Assembly (NCBI GenBank): GCA_026770705.1
Contig: JANJGN010000020.1
Coordinates: 8,060,001-8,124,000 of the forward strand
Length of the DNA stretch: 64,000 nucleotides
Direction: 5' to 3'
From: Isurus oxyrinchus
Taxonomy: Eukaryota
Positions 1 to 10,949 of this stretch are shown here, in pieces. The position numbers were made by a program, and so were the translations under genes. How positions within the stretch are numbered: the stretch's first letter is position 1; every line of letters begins with the position of its first letter. The notes under the pieces are model-generated. The model searched no databases. It was not told the DNA's origin and was given only the letters and a program-made list of their open reading frames with translations.

Positions 1-786
1 TAGAAAGCTAATTGCATTGGGCTTGGGTCAGCCTGTGTTTTCTGTTGGCAGTTCAGAACACACTAAGAATTAATGCAAAGTAGAAACAAGCAAGGTTGTC
101 TGTGAGTGGAACAGTTTCCTGTTTGGCAGTCTTCAAACAGATCCTGGTGTTGAAGCAGACCTCTGAGAATAGAGCATAGACTGCGTTACTGTGTGTGTTA
201 TACAGTTGGAAAGATCAGAGACTGGAATACAGGGAGACCAAGGGATTTTGGATTGGACAAGACCCACTACTGTTGTCTCATTGTTGCCAGAGCCCACCAG
301 ACCATTAACAGGGAGCGAGGATTCTGTGCCAGCAGGACTGCCATGACCAGGGTGATAGAAGGTTCATGGTTGTGCCCCTCATCAGTGGTAACTGTATCCG
401 GAGACTTCAGATGGAATACAGCTGCTGGTGAAAGTGACTCAAGGGTCGAAATGATTGAATGGGAAAGTGAGGGATCCTACATAGCGGAGGCTGAGTTGGA
501 AAGAGTGTGAGATTGCCTGTGGTCTCACATTTGTGCGAGGAAGTAATTTGAGTGCTTGTAACTATGTGAGGGGTATCTTTTGTTGTATCTACTATTTAAA
601 GTGAAATTTGCCATTTTATTTGAAATATTCTTCACCTGTTAATAATTGAATTTTATTGATTTTAGTTGGATTGTTACAGTAAAAGTTTTTTAAAAATGAA
701 ACCTTGTCCAGCAGTTTACTTTCTGTTGGTTTCATGGGAATTCCCCTCTTTTTAAGAAGTTATTGGTCATCCTGGGGATCCTAACA
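1..786 (+). mobile_element. 3' part of a probable solo LTR (Gypsy-type)
   Basis: Ends GGGGATCCTAACA, the same terminal motif as the LTR ending at 16213 (TGGGATCGTAACA). Non-coding, with an AT-rich U5-like tail; abuts a LINE fragment. Confidence 0.5.
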
Positions 787-789
787 ATG

Positions 790-1025
790 ACTTGTCCAGT
801 TCAGTTTCTGGTCAATGGTAACTCCCAGGATGTTGATGGTGGGGGATTCAGCGATGGTGATGCCATTGAATGCCACAGGGATATGGTCTTTGCCTGGCGT
901 GAATGTTACTTGCCATTTATCAGCTCAAGTTGAATGTTGTCCTGGTCTTACTGCATGTGACATGGACAGCTTCAGTATCTGAGTAGTTGTGAACGGCACT
1001 GAACATTATGCGATCATGATGAAAG
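790..1025 (-). mobile_element. CR1-group LINE family B fragment (RT region)
   Basis: Reverse complement matches 18100-18345 and 34680-34920 (GACCAGAAACTGAACTGG, GATACTGAAGC motifs). Confidence 0.8.
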
Positions 1026-1164
1026 AGGCATCAGCTCTTAACGGAATTGAGAAGAATGCCTTCTGTTTTGCCAACGTTGACCTACAAAACATTTTGATTT
1101 ATCAAAGACTTGGCTTAAGAAAGATGCTACCTTAATTACCTTGGAGTCATTGGCAGAAACTATA

Positions 1165-1325
1165 ATTTCAAACAATGATTTCAAAAGGAAATTGGCTGGG
1201 CACTTGAAGGACATAAACTTGCAGAATGGGAACATGGTGGGGGAATGGGATTGCTCCATGGAGAGCTGGCATAGACTTGATGGGCCAAATAGCCTCCTTC
1301 TGTGCCGTTAATAACTTTGTTCTAA
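1165..1325 (+). mobile_element. CR1 LINE 3' end
   Basis: TTCAAAAGGAAATTGG...GATGGGCCAAATAGCCTCCTTCTGTG, the CR1 3' UTR shared with 32590-32755. Confidence 0.7.
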
Positions 1326-1572
1326 GCAGAGAATGAGGTGGCTTTGGTGTACTCACGAAAGGTGACTCTAGTTTCAGGCATGATGCCTAGCAGGTCAACG
1401 ATAGATGCGATGGGAATGACATTGAGCCTCAGAGCGTACCTGTTCAAGTGGTGAACCTGTTCACTGAGCAGGACTCCTTGTGTTGGTTAGCCTCAGTTTT
1501 CTAGGCTGCTGGGAGACTGGAATTGAAACTGGGAAATGTCATGGGGCAGGATTTATCCCTCATTGGGGGCCT

Positions 1573-1876
1573 GCCCCAGCATTTATTGTCCCATCCCTAA
1601 CTGCCCCTTGCTCAGGGGGCATTTAAGAGTCAACCACGTTGTTGTGGGCCTGGAGTCACATGTCAACCAGACCAGGTCAGGACAGCAGATTTCCTTCCAG
1701 GTGAGTTTTACAACAATCTGCAGTGGTTTTATAGACATCATCAGACTCTAATTCCACATTTTTATTAAATTCCAACTTTTCCATCTGCGAAAGTGGGATT
1801 TGAACCCAAGTATCTTGGAGCATTACCCTGGGTCTCTGATTTACTTATCCAGCAAGAGTATCACTGTGCCACTGCT
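1573..1876 (-). mobile_element. tRNA-derived SINE sharing its tail with LINE family B
   Basis: Reverse complement of the SINE at 9243-9612 (B-box GGTTCAAATCCC, GTGACTCCAGGCCCACA core, GACAATAAATGCTGG tail). Confidence 0.8.
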
Positions 1877-2018
1877 TACCCATAAGCTCGGCCTGTTCTC
1901 CTGGTTGAGTTGGAAGAAGTCAAATTGGTTAAAAGTAATGAAAGCATCATATTATTAGGGTTATATATACCACACGTGTGCATTTTTCACATAGTTTCCG
2001 AATTTCTATGGACGTCTG

Positions 2019-2676
2019 GGGCTGGATTTAATGGGGCAATGTGGCTCCTGCTCCCACCAGCTTAAAGGGGAACCCTGCCCAGCAGAAAAACCGCTGTCCT
2101 GCAGCCATTTAACAGCCAATTGGAAGTCCCGCCTCAAAGAGCTGCTGGCAACTCTCCAGTGCTGGCAGTGCCAATGGCAGTGCTGGCGTCTGCTGGTAAT
2201 GCACTTGGAGACATTCAGCACTGGATTGGCACTTGGGAAGTGTTTGAGGGTCTCATTGGAGCTATGTTGGCAGGCCCCAGTGAGGAGGGTATGGGTTGGG
2301 GTTTGAGAGGTCATGGAGAGGGAACCTGGGATTGGAGGGTGCGGATGCCCTGCAATGGGCTCAGAGGTGGGGGGGGGGGGCCATTAACAAGGGAGACCCC
2401 TGTCAACCCCCAGACCGCACAGGGAAAGCTGCTGGGCCTGGTGATTAGGGCGGGCCACCCTCACGGCCAGTTTAATCCTGGCAGCAACTGGATGAGGCCC
2501 TCCAGTGGGTATTAATTGCCCATTTAAGGGCCTCAATTGGCTGGCTGATGCCCACCATTGGTAAAACTGGGGTAGGGGAAGGGGACGGGTGGGTAGGTGG
2601 TGGTCCAGCTGCTCACTGGACTTAATGTCCCCCCCTGCCTTCAAAGCTGCTGAGAGGGGAGGGCAAAGTCCAGTCC
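2019..2676. mobile_element. Non-autonomous Harbinger-like DNA transposon (MITE)
   Basis: TIRs GGGCTGGATTT / AAAGTCCAGTCC, with a 3-bp direct repeat CTG at 2016-2018 and 2677-2679. Confidence 0.65.
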
Positions 2677-2844
2677 CTGGTGCTTGAAAAGCTTTTGACA
2701 AATATCTTGAGGGGAAAATTGATCGGGTCGGACCTATTATTTGGGTGCAAAATGTTTGTCAAGGTGATTCATTTATGGCTGGATTTTCTGTGTCTGATTT
2801 CCTTCCTCCACCCCCCTCAATGCCCCTCACCCGCACAGACCATT

Positions 2845-2990
2845 AATTGATAGTAGCTTTTTATTCCAGATTTAATTAATTGAATTTACGTTTCCCAGCT
2901 ACCATGGTGGGACTTCAACTCATGTTTTATGGATCATTAGTCCAGCCCTCTGGGTTACTAGTACGGTAACAAAACCACTGTACTACTATG
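2845..2990 (-). mobile_element. SINE 5' (tRNA-like) half
   Basis: TTTATTCCAGATTT...ACCATGGTGGGACTTCAACTC...TTACTAGT matches the head of the same SINE family. Confidence 0.65.
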
Positions 2991-3016
2991 ACTTGCTTGG
3001 GTGTTCTTTTACAGAC

Positions 3017-3190
3017 ATCACAGAATCACACAGTGCAGAAGAGGCCCTTCGGCCCATCGAGTCTGCAGCGACATGTGAGAAACACCTGACCTACCTATCT
3101 ACCTAATCCCATTTACCAGCACTTGGCCCATAGCCTTGAACGTTATGACGTGCCAAGTGCTCATCCAGGTACTTTTTAAAGGATGTGAGG
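3017..3190 (-). mobile_element. CR1 LINE 3' end
   Basis: CACAGAATCACACAGTGCAGAAGAGGCCCTTCGGCCCATC is the reverse CR1 3' terminus. Confidence 0.75.
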
Positions 3191-3224
3191 CTACACCCAA
3201 ACCTTATTTGACTTCCTTACTTCA

Positions 3225-3626
3225 GTTACGTAGATAGGTTGGAAGAGTTGGAACAGTTTTCATTGGCGGAGAGAAGGTCGAGATGAGGTTTGACAGAGGT
3301 ATTCAAAATTATGAGGAGTCAGGACAGAGCATGACAGGGAGAGGCTGTTCCCATTGGTGGAAGGATCGAGAACCAGAGGGCGCAGATTTCAGGCTGTTGG
3401 CAAAAGAAGCAATGGTGACAATGAGCAAACACTTTCTCACGCAGTGAAGGGTTAGAATCGGGAATGCACTGCCTGAGAGGGTGATGGGGGCAGGCTCAAC
3501 CGATGCATTGGAGAGGGAATTGGATTGATATCTGAAAAGGAAAACACTGTGTGGCGCTAGGTAAATTGCTATGGAGAGGTGGCGCCGACATGATGGGCCG
3601 AAGGGCCCCCTTTTCCATGCTGTAAA
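3225..3626 (+). mobile_element. CR1 LINE 3' fragment (degraded ORF2 C-terminus and UTR)
   Basis: Similar to 32310-32740; ends GATGGGCCGAAGGGCCCCCTTTTCCATGCTGTAA. Confidence 0.75.
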
Positions 3627-3743
3627 AGATCTGCCACAATTGCTGATTTTGCTCCGGTCCAGGTCACTTAGTTCTTGAAGAGGGACGTGTTTTCTCAAAG
3701 AGGTCGCCGGTTGACAGCTCACCTTGTTTTTTGTATTTCGCAG

Positions 3744-4016
3744 TACCCTTTCAACAGCCAGACACCGAGGATGGAGCCCTGCTTGATGAGCAGCACCCCA
3801 CGGCTGCACTCCACGCCGGTGACACCCCGCTGGCCCGATGTGCCTTCAGCCAACAGCTGCTACAGCAACCCCGCCATGCACACAGCGCGGTATGGGAACT
3901 CGAGTGAGATGTACACGCCCCTGGTTCCCCGGAGAAGCGCTGAGTACGAACACGCGCAGCATTTTCCTGGTTTTGCCTACATCAACGGGGAAGCGACCAC
4001 CGGGTGGGCCAAGTAA
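3744..4016 (+). CDS. RFX4: RFX4 (regulatory factor X4) last coding exon
   Basis: Pyrimidine tract and CAG acceptor at 3741-3743, then [41 protein letters not shown]...[24 protein letters not shown]. This closely matches the vertebrate RFX4 C-terminus (...[19 protein letters not shown]) as I recall it. Confidence 0.95.
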   Translation, partial: YPFNSQTPRMEPCLMSSTPRLHSTPVTPRWPDVPSANSCYSNPAMHTARYGNSSEMYTPLVPRRSAEYEHAQHFPGFAYINGEATTGWAK

Positions 4017-5530
4017 CCCTTGACCGCTATATTGGGACCACACCCAGACAGTGGGGAATACAATTCCACAAAACGCCCGATCGATCGTGGATTACTACTG
4101 AAAGCAACAAAGAAAACGAGACTTTTAATTATCCGCCAGTAGGGATTGGAAGAAACTGCTGGTGACACTAGCATCTCTGTAAAGCTCGGAATGGAGTCAC
4201 TGGTCAGCTGGATCAGAAACAATGACCTGGAGGCAGGGGGTAGGCGGGGGTGGGGGGGGGGTGGGGGGGGGGGGGGGGGGGTTGGGGTGGGGGGGGGGGG
4301 GTGGGGGTGGTCGTTGGGGGAAGAAACTATAATTATTTTTTCTTGTAAATGCTGCGGTAGCACTGCCTGCGATGTGGAGATCTGCACATGTAAACCTTTT
4401 GCCTGTTCCTTTAACACGTGCCACGCTCTTTTTGACTCCTCTTCGGGATTTAACGTTTGCAAAACTTGTCTGAAGTTAAAGCTTTCGTGGACGTTCTGTG
4501 GAATAACCTCGTCAACTCTCGGCTGAATAACGTGAGGGGCGATACCACAGGCAGGGAGTGCGTTCCATTAGTTGCCTCTCAGTTCCAATCATCAAGACAG
4601 ACTTATCACTCCCTGTACTGCCTTTTGTCTGGGCTGAGCAGATGATGGCAACTTTTGGGAGACCTCAGTCTTGCCTGATGCCCTACAGACCTTGTTGAAT
4701 ACAAGGATCGTTACATTTTGATGCACCTGCCTTTCTATCTCGAAGACCAGAAACATTCTACCGTGAGATTTTATACTTGGATTTGATCCTGCTCTGCATT
4801 GCACAGCGAGAAGAGGTACAGTACTGTGGACATCTGGGCAACTTCATTAGCGTTTTTTTTTGTATAGCCACAGAAACCTTTAAGATACTTAAAAGCTGTG
4901 CCTTAGAAACTGTTGTGTATGTGTGAAAAATGTTTATCTAATTTTCTATTGTATTTTTGACAGACTATTTTGTAGAAATAATTTCTCTCTAGCCTGTCTC
5001 TAGTGTGTCTGTGTATATTGTGACCATTATGGCTAATTAACATAGTATTTTTACCTGTACTGTTTTGCAATTACAAAATGCACTCAGCAGATTATATGGA
5101 CATATTACCCTGTGGGTAAGGAGAATAATTGAAAGCATAACACAAGAAACTCTAGGCTTTTTTTTTGTAAATAAAAGCACTGATAGCACCGAGTGTGGTA
5201 ACTATGGCTGTGCATAAATCTGAAGTACATAGTATTATTTGTACAGATGTGCAAGATATATGAAGGCAATACATCCTCAAAATACAAATACATTTTTAAA
5301 AAAATATCCAGCCTTTGCTGTACTTAATATTAAGACTGTTGTCTCAATGTTTGTGCCAAAAATGTATTCCAGCGTTACACAGCTGAATGAGATATCGTAT
5401 TTTCTGAACAAGCTGGGCTGCAGGAGACTGACGTTTCTTAAATATAGTTTGTACATTTGTGCTCAAATGCAGCCCAGTTTCCTCCCTTGTTGAAACAGCC
5501 ATGATTAAACTGCATCTGAACTCTCCCTGT
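4017..5530 (+). other. RFX4: RFX4 3' UTR with candidate polyadenylation signals
   Basis: About 1.5 kb free of recognisable transposable elements and AU-rich after the stop codon; AATAAA at 5170-5175 and ATTAAA at 5504-5509. The exact end is inferred. Confidence 0.65.
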
Positions 5531-5849
5531 AAGACTTGTACCTTCATAATGGAGAGTTTCATGGCCCTTTTGTTGACTGGTAGGTGATTTTGGTTTGCTA
5601 ACTATGCTCCCAGATCACTGGAGTTTATTTCATCCCCATGGGAGAGGCGGTGTCAGGGTACAGCATCTTTCAAAACTATTGTCACGGTTAACAGACAGAG
5701 AAGCATTTGATGATGTCACTCCAAATACGATTACAGCATTTCATGATTATCTTTGAATAGAACTGAAGGTTAAACAGAAAATTTTGCAATACAGAATAAG
5801 GTCATTCCACGCTTCTCCTTTCCCCTTCTCCCTACCAATATTTTCTTCC

Positions 5850-6160
5850 AGGCAGCGCATTCTAGAACATAGCAACTCACTGCGGAAAATAAATTTGCCT
5901 CATCTTCCCTCGTGTTCTTTTGCCGATTATCTTAAATCTGTGCCTCTGGTTACCTTTTTGTCATTGGAAACAGTTTCTCCCTAGTTACTTCCTCAAAACC
6001 CTTCACAATGTTGATCACCTCTATTAAATCTCTCTTTGGCCTTCTCTGTTCTGGGGAGAAAGATCCCAGCTTCTGCAGACTCCCCACTTAACAGGAGTGC
6101 CTCACCCCAGGCACCATTCTGGTAAATCTCCTCTGCACCTTTCTCCAAAACCTTGGAATG
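5850..6160 (-). mobile_element. CR1 LINE fragment
   Basis: GGCAGCGCATTCTAGA...CCATTCTGGTAAATCTCCTCTGCACC, the reverse CR1 ORF2 C-terminus. Confidence 0.7.
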
Positions 6161-6180
6161 CTATCCCAGAAAGTAGGAGA

Positions 6181-6318
6181 GCAGTGCAAGAGGTAGCAAG
6201 TCCCAGGGATTCAGTCTGATTGTAACATTTCCATTAAGATGATAATTTCCCCTTAATCTAGCCATGTATATCTCGTGATGAAAGTATAGCAAGGGAGCTG
6301 GGCTTGAGTTTCATTCAC
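6181..6318. repeat. Left arm of a 138-bp inverted repeat (partner 7438-7575)
   Basis: Read base by base against the reverse complement of 7438-7575: 5 mismatches in 138 bp. Confidence 0.95.
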
Positions 6319-6419
6319 GAATTCCTCATCCTTCTGTGGACAGTGTGACAATTTTCACATTTTGTAAGTTTTTAGTTTTCTCCTAGATATAAGACACATC
6401 CATTCGCCACATATAATCA

Positions 6420-6710
6420 CAGAATCAGCCATGATCTTATCGAATGGTGGAGCAGGCTCAAGGGGCCAAATGGCCTACTCCTGCTCCTAATTCTGTATTC
6501 TTGTGTTCAAACAGCATAGAAGGAGGCCATTTGGCCCATCGTGTTCGTGCCAGTTCTGCGAAGGAGCTATCCAATTAATCCTACTTCCCTGTTCTTTCCC
6601 CAGGGCCCTGCCAATGTTTCCTTTCCACGTATTTATCCAATTCCCTTTTGAAAGTAAATGTTGAATCTGCTTCCACTGCCCTTTCAGGCAGCGCCTTCCA
6701 GATCATTCTT
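6420..6710. mobile_element. Two CR1 3' ends, tail to tail
   Basis: ATCAGCCATGATCTTATCGAATGGTGGAGCAGGCTC (+) followed by GAAGGAGGCCATTTGGCCCATC (-). Confidence 0.7.
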
Positions 6711-6874
6711 TTTCCTTTGTGTACAAACCAGCGTTGCCCTTAGATTAACAAGCAAAGTATTCAGGCCTAGTCCTGGGATCTTTCCTATTTTTAGTCTGTG
6801 TTAAAGATTTGTTAAGTAGGTTTTCCACATTTTCAGATTATACACAAATAGAAGGCAGGGCAATTTTTAAAACT

Positions 6875-7248
6875 TCATTCTTGGGAGTTGGGCGACACTG
6901 GCCATCCAACTTGCCCTCAAAAAATGTTGGCGGGACTTCTTCTAGAATCACCAGTAGCGGTTTGATATATCGGAGAGGCCACTTCAGAGGACACATAAGA
7001 GGCCATCGTGTTTGGTGTGGGACTGGAGTCACATAGAGACCCAGGCCGGGTAAGGACAGGAGGTTTCCTTCCCCAAAGGATATCGGTCGGGGTTTTTGCT
7101 GCAATCTGCCAGCGTCATGGCTGCTTTTACCAAGCCCCCGCTTTCATCTCCAGCCTTATTTTAAAACCGACTTCAAACTGCCAAACTGCCCTGTTGGGAT
7201 CTGAACTTACATTCTCAGGATTACTAGCCCAGCAGCAATCACTGTACA
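6875..7248 (-). mobile_element. tRNA-derived SINE (older copy)
   Basis: GGACTGGAGTCACAT...GGTAAGGAC...TTTCCTTCCCCAAAGGA core in reverse orientation. Confidence 0.7.
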
Positions 7249-7437
7249 GGCTCTACTTGTAAATAACGAAGAACCAATGCAACCAGACTGAGTACAATTT
7301 AAATCTTTATGTAACTGCAGCAGGTGCAATGTGGTTAAGTGTAAAATAATTAACATGAGAGCAAAGTATGTGCTAAATCTAACCTTGGTGCGGCATGTTG
7401 ATCAGGACAGGTTAGAGTTAACGAATCAATGAAACCA

Positions 7438-7575
7438 GTGAATGAAACTCAAGCCCGGCTCCCTTGCTATACTTTCATCACGAGATATGCATGGCTAGAT
7501 TAAGGGGAAATTATCATTTTAATGGGATTGTTACAATCAGACTGAATCCCTGGGACTTGCTACCTCTTGCACTGC
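7438..7575. repeat. Right arm of the 138-bp inverted repeat (partner 6181-6318)
   Basis: Reverse complement of 6181-6318. Confidence 0.95.
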
Positions 7576-7936
7576 AGATGGAGACAGTACAATTCAAGTT
7601 CTGTAAAAAAAACTTCCAAATAGGAGCGCTGCAACAGTCTGGTCACTGATAAAAAGGCAGGGGATCCACTGAGAAAGTAGAATCCAACGACAAAGACGAT
7701 TTTCGGTAACAAGAAACGATGAGATATTTAGGGTTTATTTACGAATCCAGCAGCGATGTGAAGTGATTTCCTCTTTGCGCCAATGTTACAGCCTAATTTT
7801 GCGTTCAGGATCCGTAGAGGTCGGGTGGGGGGGGTGGGGGGTGGGGATGGTGTGGGTGGGGCTCCCTGGGGGTGGTACTCTCACACAGCTGCACATTGAC
7901 ACTGTAAGGAATGGAAATTCAGTGTAGTGCTACGGT

Positions 7937-8381
7937 AAAAGCAAAATACAGCAGACACTGGGAATCTGAAATTAAAAACAGGAAACGCTGGAAAAACTCA
8001 GCAGGTCTGACAGCAACTGCGGAGAGAGAAACAGAGTTAAAGTTTCGAGTCCTTATGACCCTTCTTCAGGAATGACGAGAGGTAAAAATGTGATGAAATT
8101 TATGCTGTTTAAGGGAATGGAGCAGGTGAAGCTGGAAAAAGGCCAATGATATCTTTGCATCTTTGCAAAGACATCTTTACCAGCCTCTCCTTAGCCCCCG
8201 CCTATTGCTGGCCTCTTCCAAGCTTCACCTGCTCTACCACTTAAACAGTATAAATTTCGTGTTTCTACCTCTCTTTAGCTCTGAAGAAGGGTCACACGGA
8301 CTCGAAATGTTAACTCTGCTTCTCTCTCCACAGATGCATTTAGATCTGCTGAGTTTTTCCAGCATTTTCTGTTTTTATTTT
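7937..8381. mobile_element. Penelope-like element termini in inverted (hairpin) arrangement
   Basis: 7960-8150 is the inverted copy of 8205-8380. Both carry CTGAAGAAGGGTCA-N-GACTCGAAA. Imperfect flanking direct repeat AGTGTAGTGCTAC (7921) / AGTGCAGTGCAAC (8382). Confidence 0.7.
8277..8315 (+). ncRNA. Minimal type I hammerhead-ribozyme-like motif (degenerate)
   Basis: AGCT-CTGAAGA-A-GGGTC-ACACG-GACTC-GAAA-TGTT-AACT: CUGANGA box, stem II, GAAA box and short stem I. An antisense copy lies at 8035-8073. Confidence 0.6.
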
Positions 8382-8880
8382 AGTGCAGTGCAACACCTAG
8401 TTCACAATATGCATCAACGTAAGTGCGCAGAGGGCAAGCATTCTTTCTCCCTTTCCTGCTCTCCAATCGACTACATTTCTTTTGACCATGCGTGTATCCA
8501 GGCGTACACACCCACACGCAAAGCTGTCTCCCAGAGAGCCCCACCCAAGCAGGAACAAGTAGTGTAAACACAGTTCTGCCTCTCGAACCAGAGCCAGCAT
8601 TTAAGTGCAAGGGAACTGATGACATTTATTCAGGTAAATTGTTTAGGGGACCGAAGTCAATGGGTATGGTCATGCGGGGTAGTCAGAACTTTATACTGGA
8701 ACAAACATTTATGTTTCCAGAGTGATAAGAGAATGAAGGACATGGTGAGATGATGGGGTTCATCCTTAGGAATGGCTGATGTTGATATGATCTTCACATA
8801 TTCCTAAACCTGCTCCTGCACTCTGACCTCAAGGAACACTGACTTTATTTAAAAGTACCGGGGATGCTTGTTAGGTGAAA

Positions 8881-9840
8881 GAAAAGCAGAATACTGTGGA
8901 TGCTGGAAATCTGAAACAAAACCAGAAAGCTCTGGAGATAATCGGTAGGTTATGGCAGCCCCTGTGAAGAGAGAAACAGAGTTAACATTTCAGGTCAGTC
9001 AGGACTGGGAAATGGAATAGGTTTTGAGCAAGGAGAGGGTGTGTGGGGGGGTGGGGGGAGGTGGGTGGAAGGACAAAAGGAATTCCCATGATAGGATGGA
9101 AATCAGGAGAGATTGAATGACAGAAGACATAGTCTTCCAGAGCCAAATGGAATGGAGATAGAGCAAGAAAAGAAACAAAGGTATGTCTAGAGCAGATGTG
9201 CTCTGCCATCTGAAATGAAAAAAAATGAAGTAAGCAAAGGAGTGGAGGTGGTAGCTTAGCGGCATTGTCACTGGGCTAGTGTTCTGGAGACCCAGGGTAA
9301 TGCTCTGGGGACCCAGGTTTGGATCCACCATGGCAGATGGTGGAATTTGAATTCAATAAAAAGCTGGAATTGGAAATCTGATGATGGCTGTGAAACCATT
9401 GCCAGTTGTCCTTAAAAACCCACCTGGCTCACTAATATCCTTTAGGGAAGGAAATCTGCTGTCCTTACCTGGCCTGGCCTACATGTGACTCCAGACCCAC
9501 TAGCAATGACTCTTAAATGCCCTCTAAACAATAAATGCTGGTCTACCCAGCGCCACACCCCACCCCCACCCCCCACCCCCCACCACATCCCATGAATGAA
9601 TGAAAAAAAAAAGGAGCAGATGTTATAGGCTGAAATAGTGGAGCTCAATGTTGAATCTGGACAGCTGTAAAATGATAAGCAAAAGAAGAGGTGCTGCTCC
9701 TCGAGTTTCATTGGAACAGTGCAGCAGGCTGAGGACAGAGATGTCAGTGTCAGAGCCAGGCAGAGAATTAAAATGACAGGAAGCTTGCAGACTGAACGGA
9801 GGTATTCCACAAAGCGGTCAACCAATCTGCATTTGGCCCT
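8881..9840 (-). mobile_element. Penelope-like element 3' region (GIY-YIG remnant plus terminal repeat), interrupted by a SINE
   Basis: The minus ORF reads AKCRLVDRFVEYLRSV (GIY-YIG ETxRxLxxRxxEH-like motif). The terminal repeat resembles 7940-8050. Confidence 0.7.
9243..9612 (+). mobile_element. Near full-length tRNA-derived SINE
   Basis: A/B-box-like head, core TAAAAACCCACCTGGCTCACTAATATCCTTTAGGGAAGGAAATCTGC, tail CAATAAATGCTGG...CACATCCCATGAATGAATGAAAAAAA. Confidence 0.85.
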
Positions 9841-10639
9841 GCCGTTGCTTCGTTCCATTTTAGCACTTGAAAATGACCGTCTACAAAATTCACTGCTGCT
9901 TTTGAGCTCAGTTTGAAAATATATGGCTTATGTATTGTGTTAATAGAAGTGCACAAAAAGTGGAGGCATCAGAGGATAGTACCCATATAAAGGTAAAGTA
10001 ATTTGTTAAAATTTTCTTTTAAAACTATAAAAGTGTGTCACTTTCATCAGCTTTAAGGGAAGGAATCTTCAAATTACGCTTAAGACATGAGTGACCGTGG
10101 GGAACCTGTCTCAGAATAAGATATCCAGGCCGTCTGATTGATCTTACACAATGCATTTGAAGGAACGGGAATAAGCGACAAAAAATAATAAAGCAAAGGG
10201 CGCTGGATCTTAACTAACAAGTCTGCAACACTTTATGCAATCAGGATTACAGATATGTGATTCACTTCAGACTCTGAGACACTCTTAATGGATATAATTT
10301 CATTCACAGGCCTTTGAAACAAATCAGCTTCTTTAAGCCTAATTAATCATCAGGTACAAAAGGCAGGGTTTCAATTAAAAGAAATTCTGTTAAATCTTCT
10401 AATTACGAGAGCCTTTTGAAGTTGCATCTGATGGACAGCAACACTGAAGTCTTTGGAATCAATCAAAAGGTAGGTGCGGAGTCTAGCAGCAGAATTCAGA
10501 AAAAATGCAAATGCCAGCTAAGCCTGTAAAATAAGCTTTTAGATTGTGTTGGTGCATCGCTGCACACAACAGCTGGACACTTCACATCTCTATCCATCTC
10601 AGAACTATAGAGAAACATGAAACATTGCAAGTGTGGAAT

Positions 10640-10815
10640 AGAACTAGAAAATGCTGCAAAGGGACAGCAGAGACCCTCAGCGCTTTGTAAAGAGAAAATG
10701 CTGAATCAGAGTAAGACCTTTCTTCAGTTCTTAAAGGGTTACGCCTGAAACAATCATCTTGTCTTTTCTCTTTGCAGGCGCTGATGGGCTTTTCTGTGCA
10801 TTGCCAATAATTTAT
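10640..10815. mobile_element. Old palindromic Penelope-like terminal remnant
   Basis: CAGCGCTTTGTAAAGAGAAAA ... TTTTCTCTTTGCAGGCGCTG inverted arms around GACCTTTCTTCAG/AAAGGGTT. Confidence 0.45.
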
Positions 10816-10949
10816 GGCCTAATTTTACACTTTTTGATATTAAAAGTAAAGTCTGTACATTTTGCCCATTATATACCCACTTGAAGGCAACTAGTTTAAA
10901 TCTAATAGGAATGTAAGAAACAGCCTCCTTGGTAGCACAGACTTTCAGG

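Noticed and set aside
3977-4526. Poly-Pro and poly-Gly ORFs overlapping the RFX4 3' UTR
   Set aside because: They result from the G-tract; no other coding signal.
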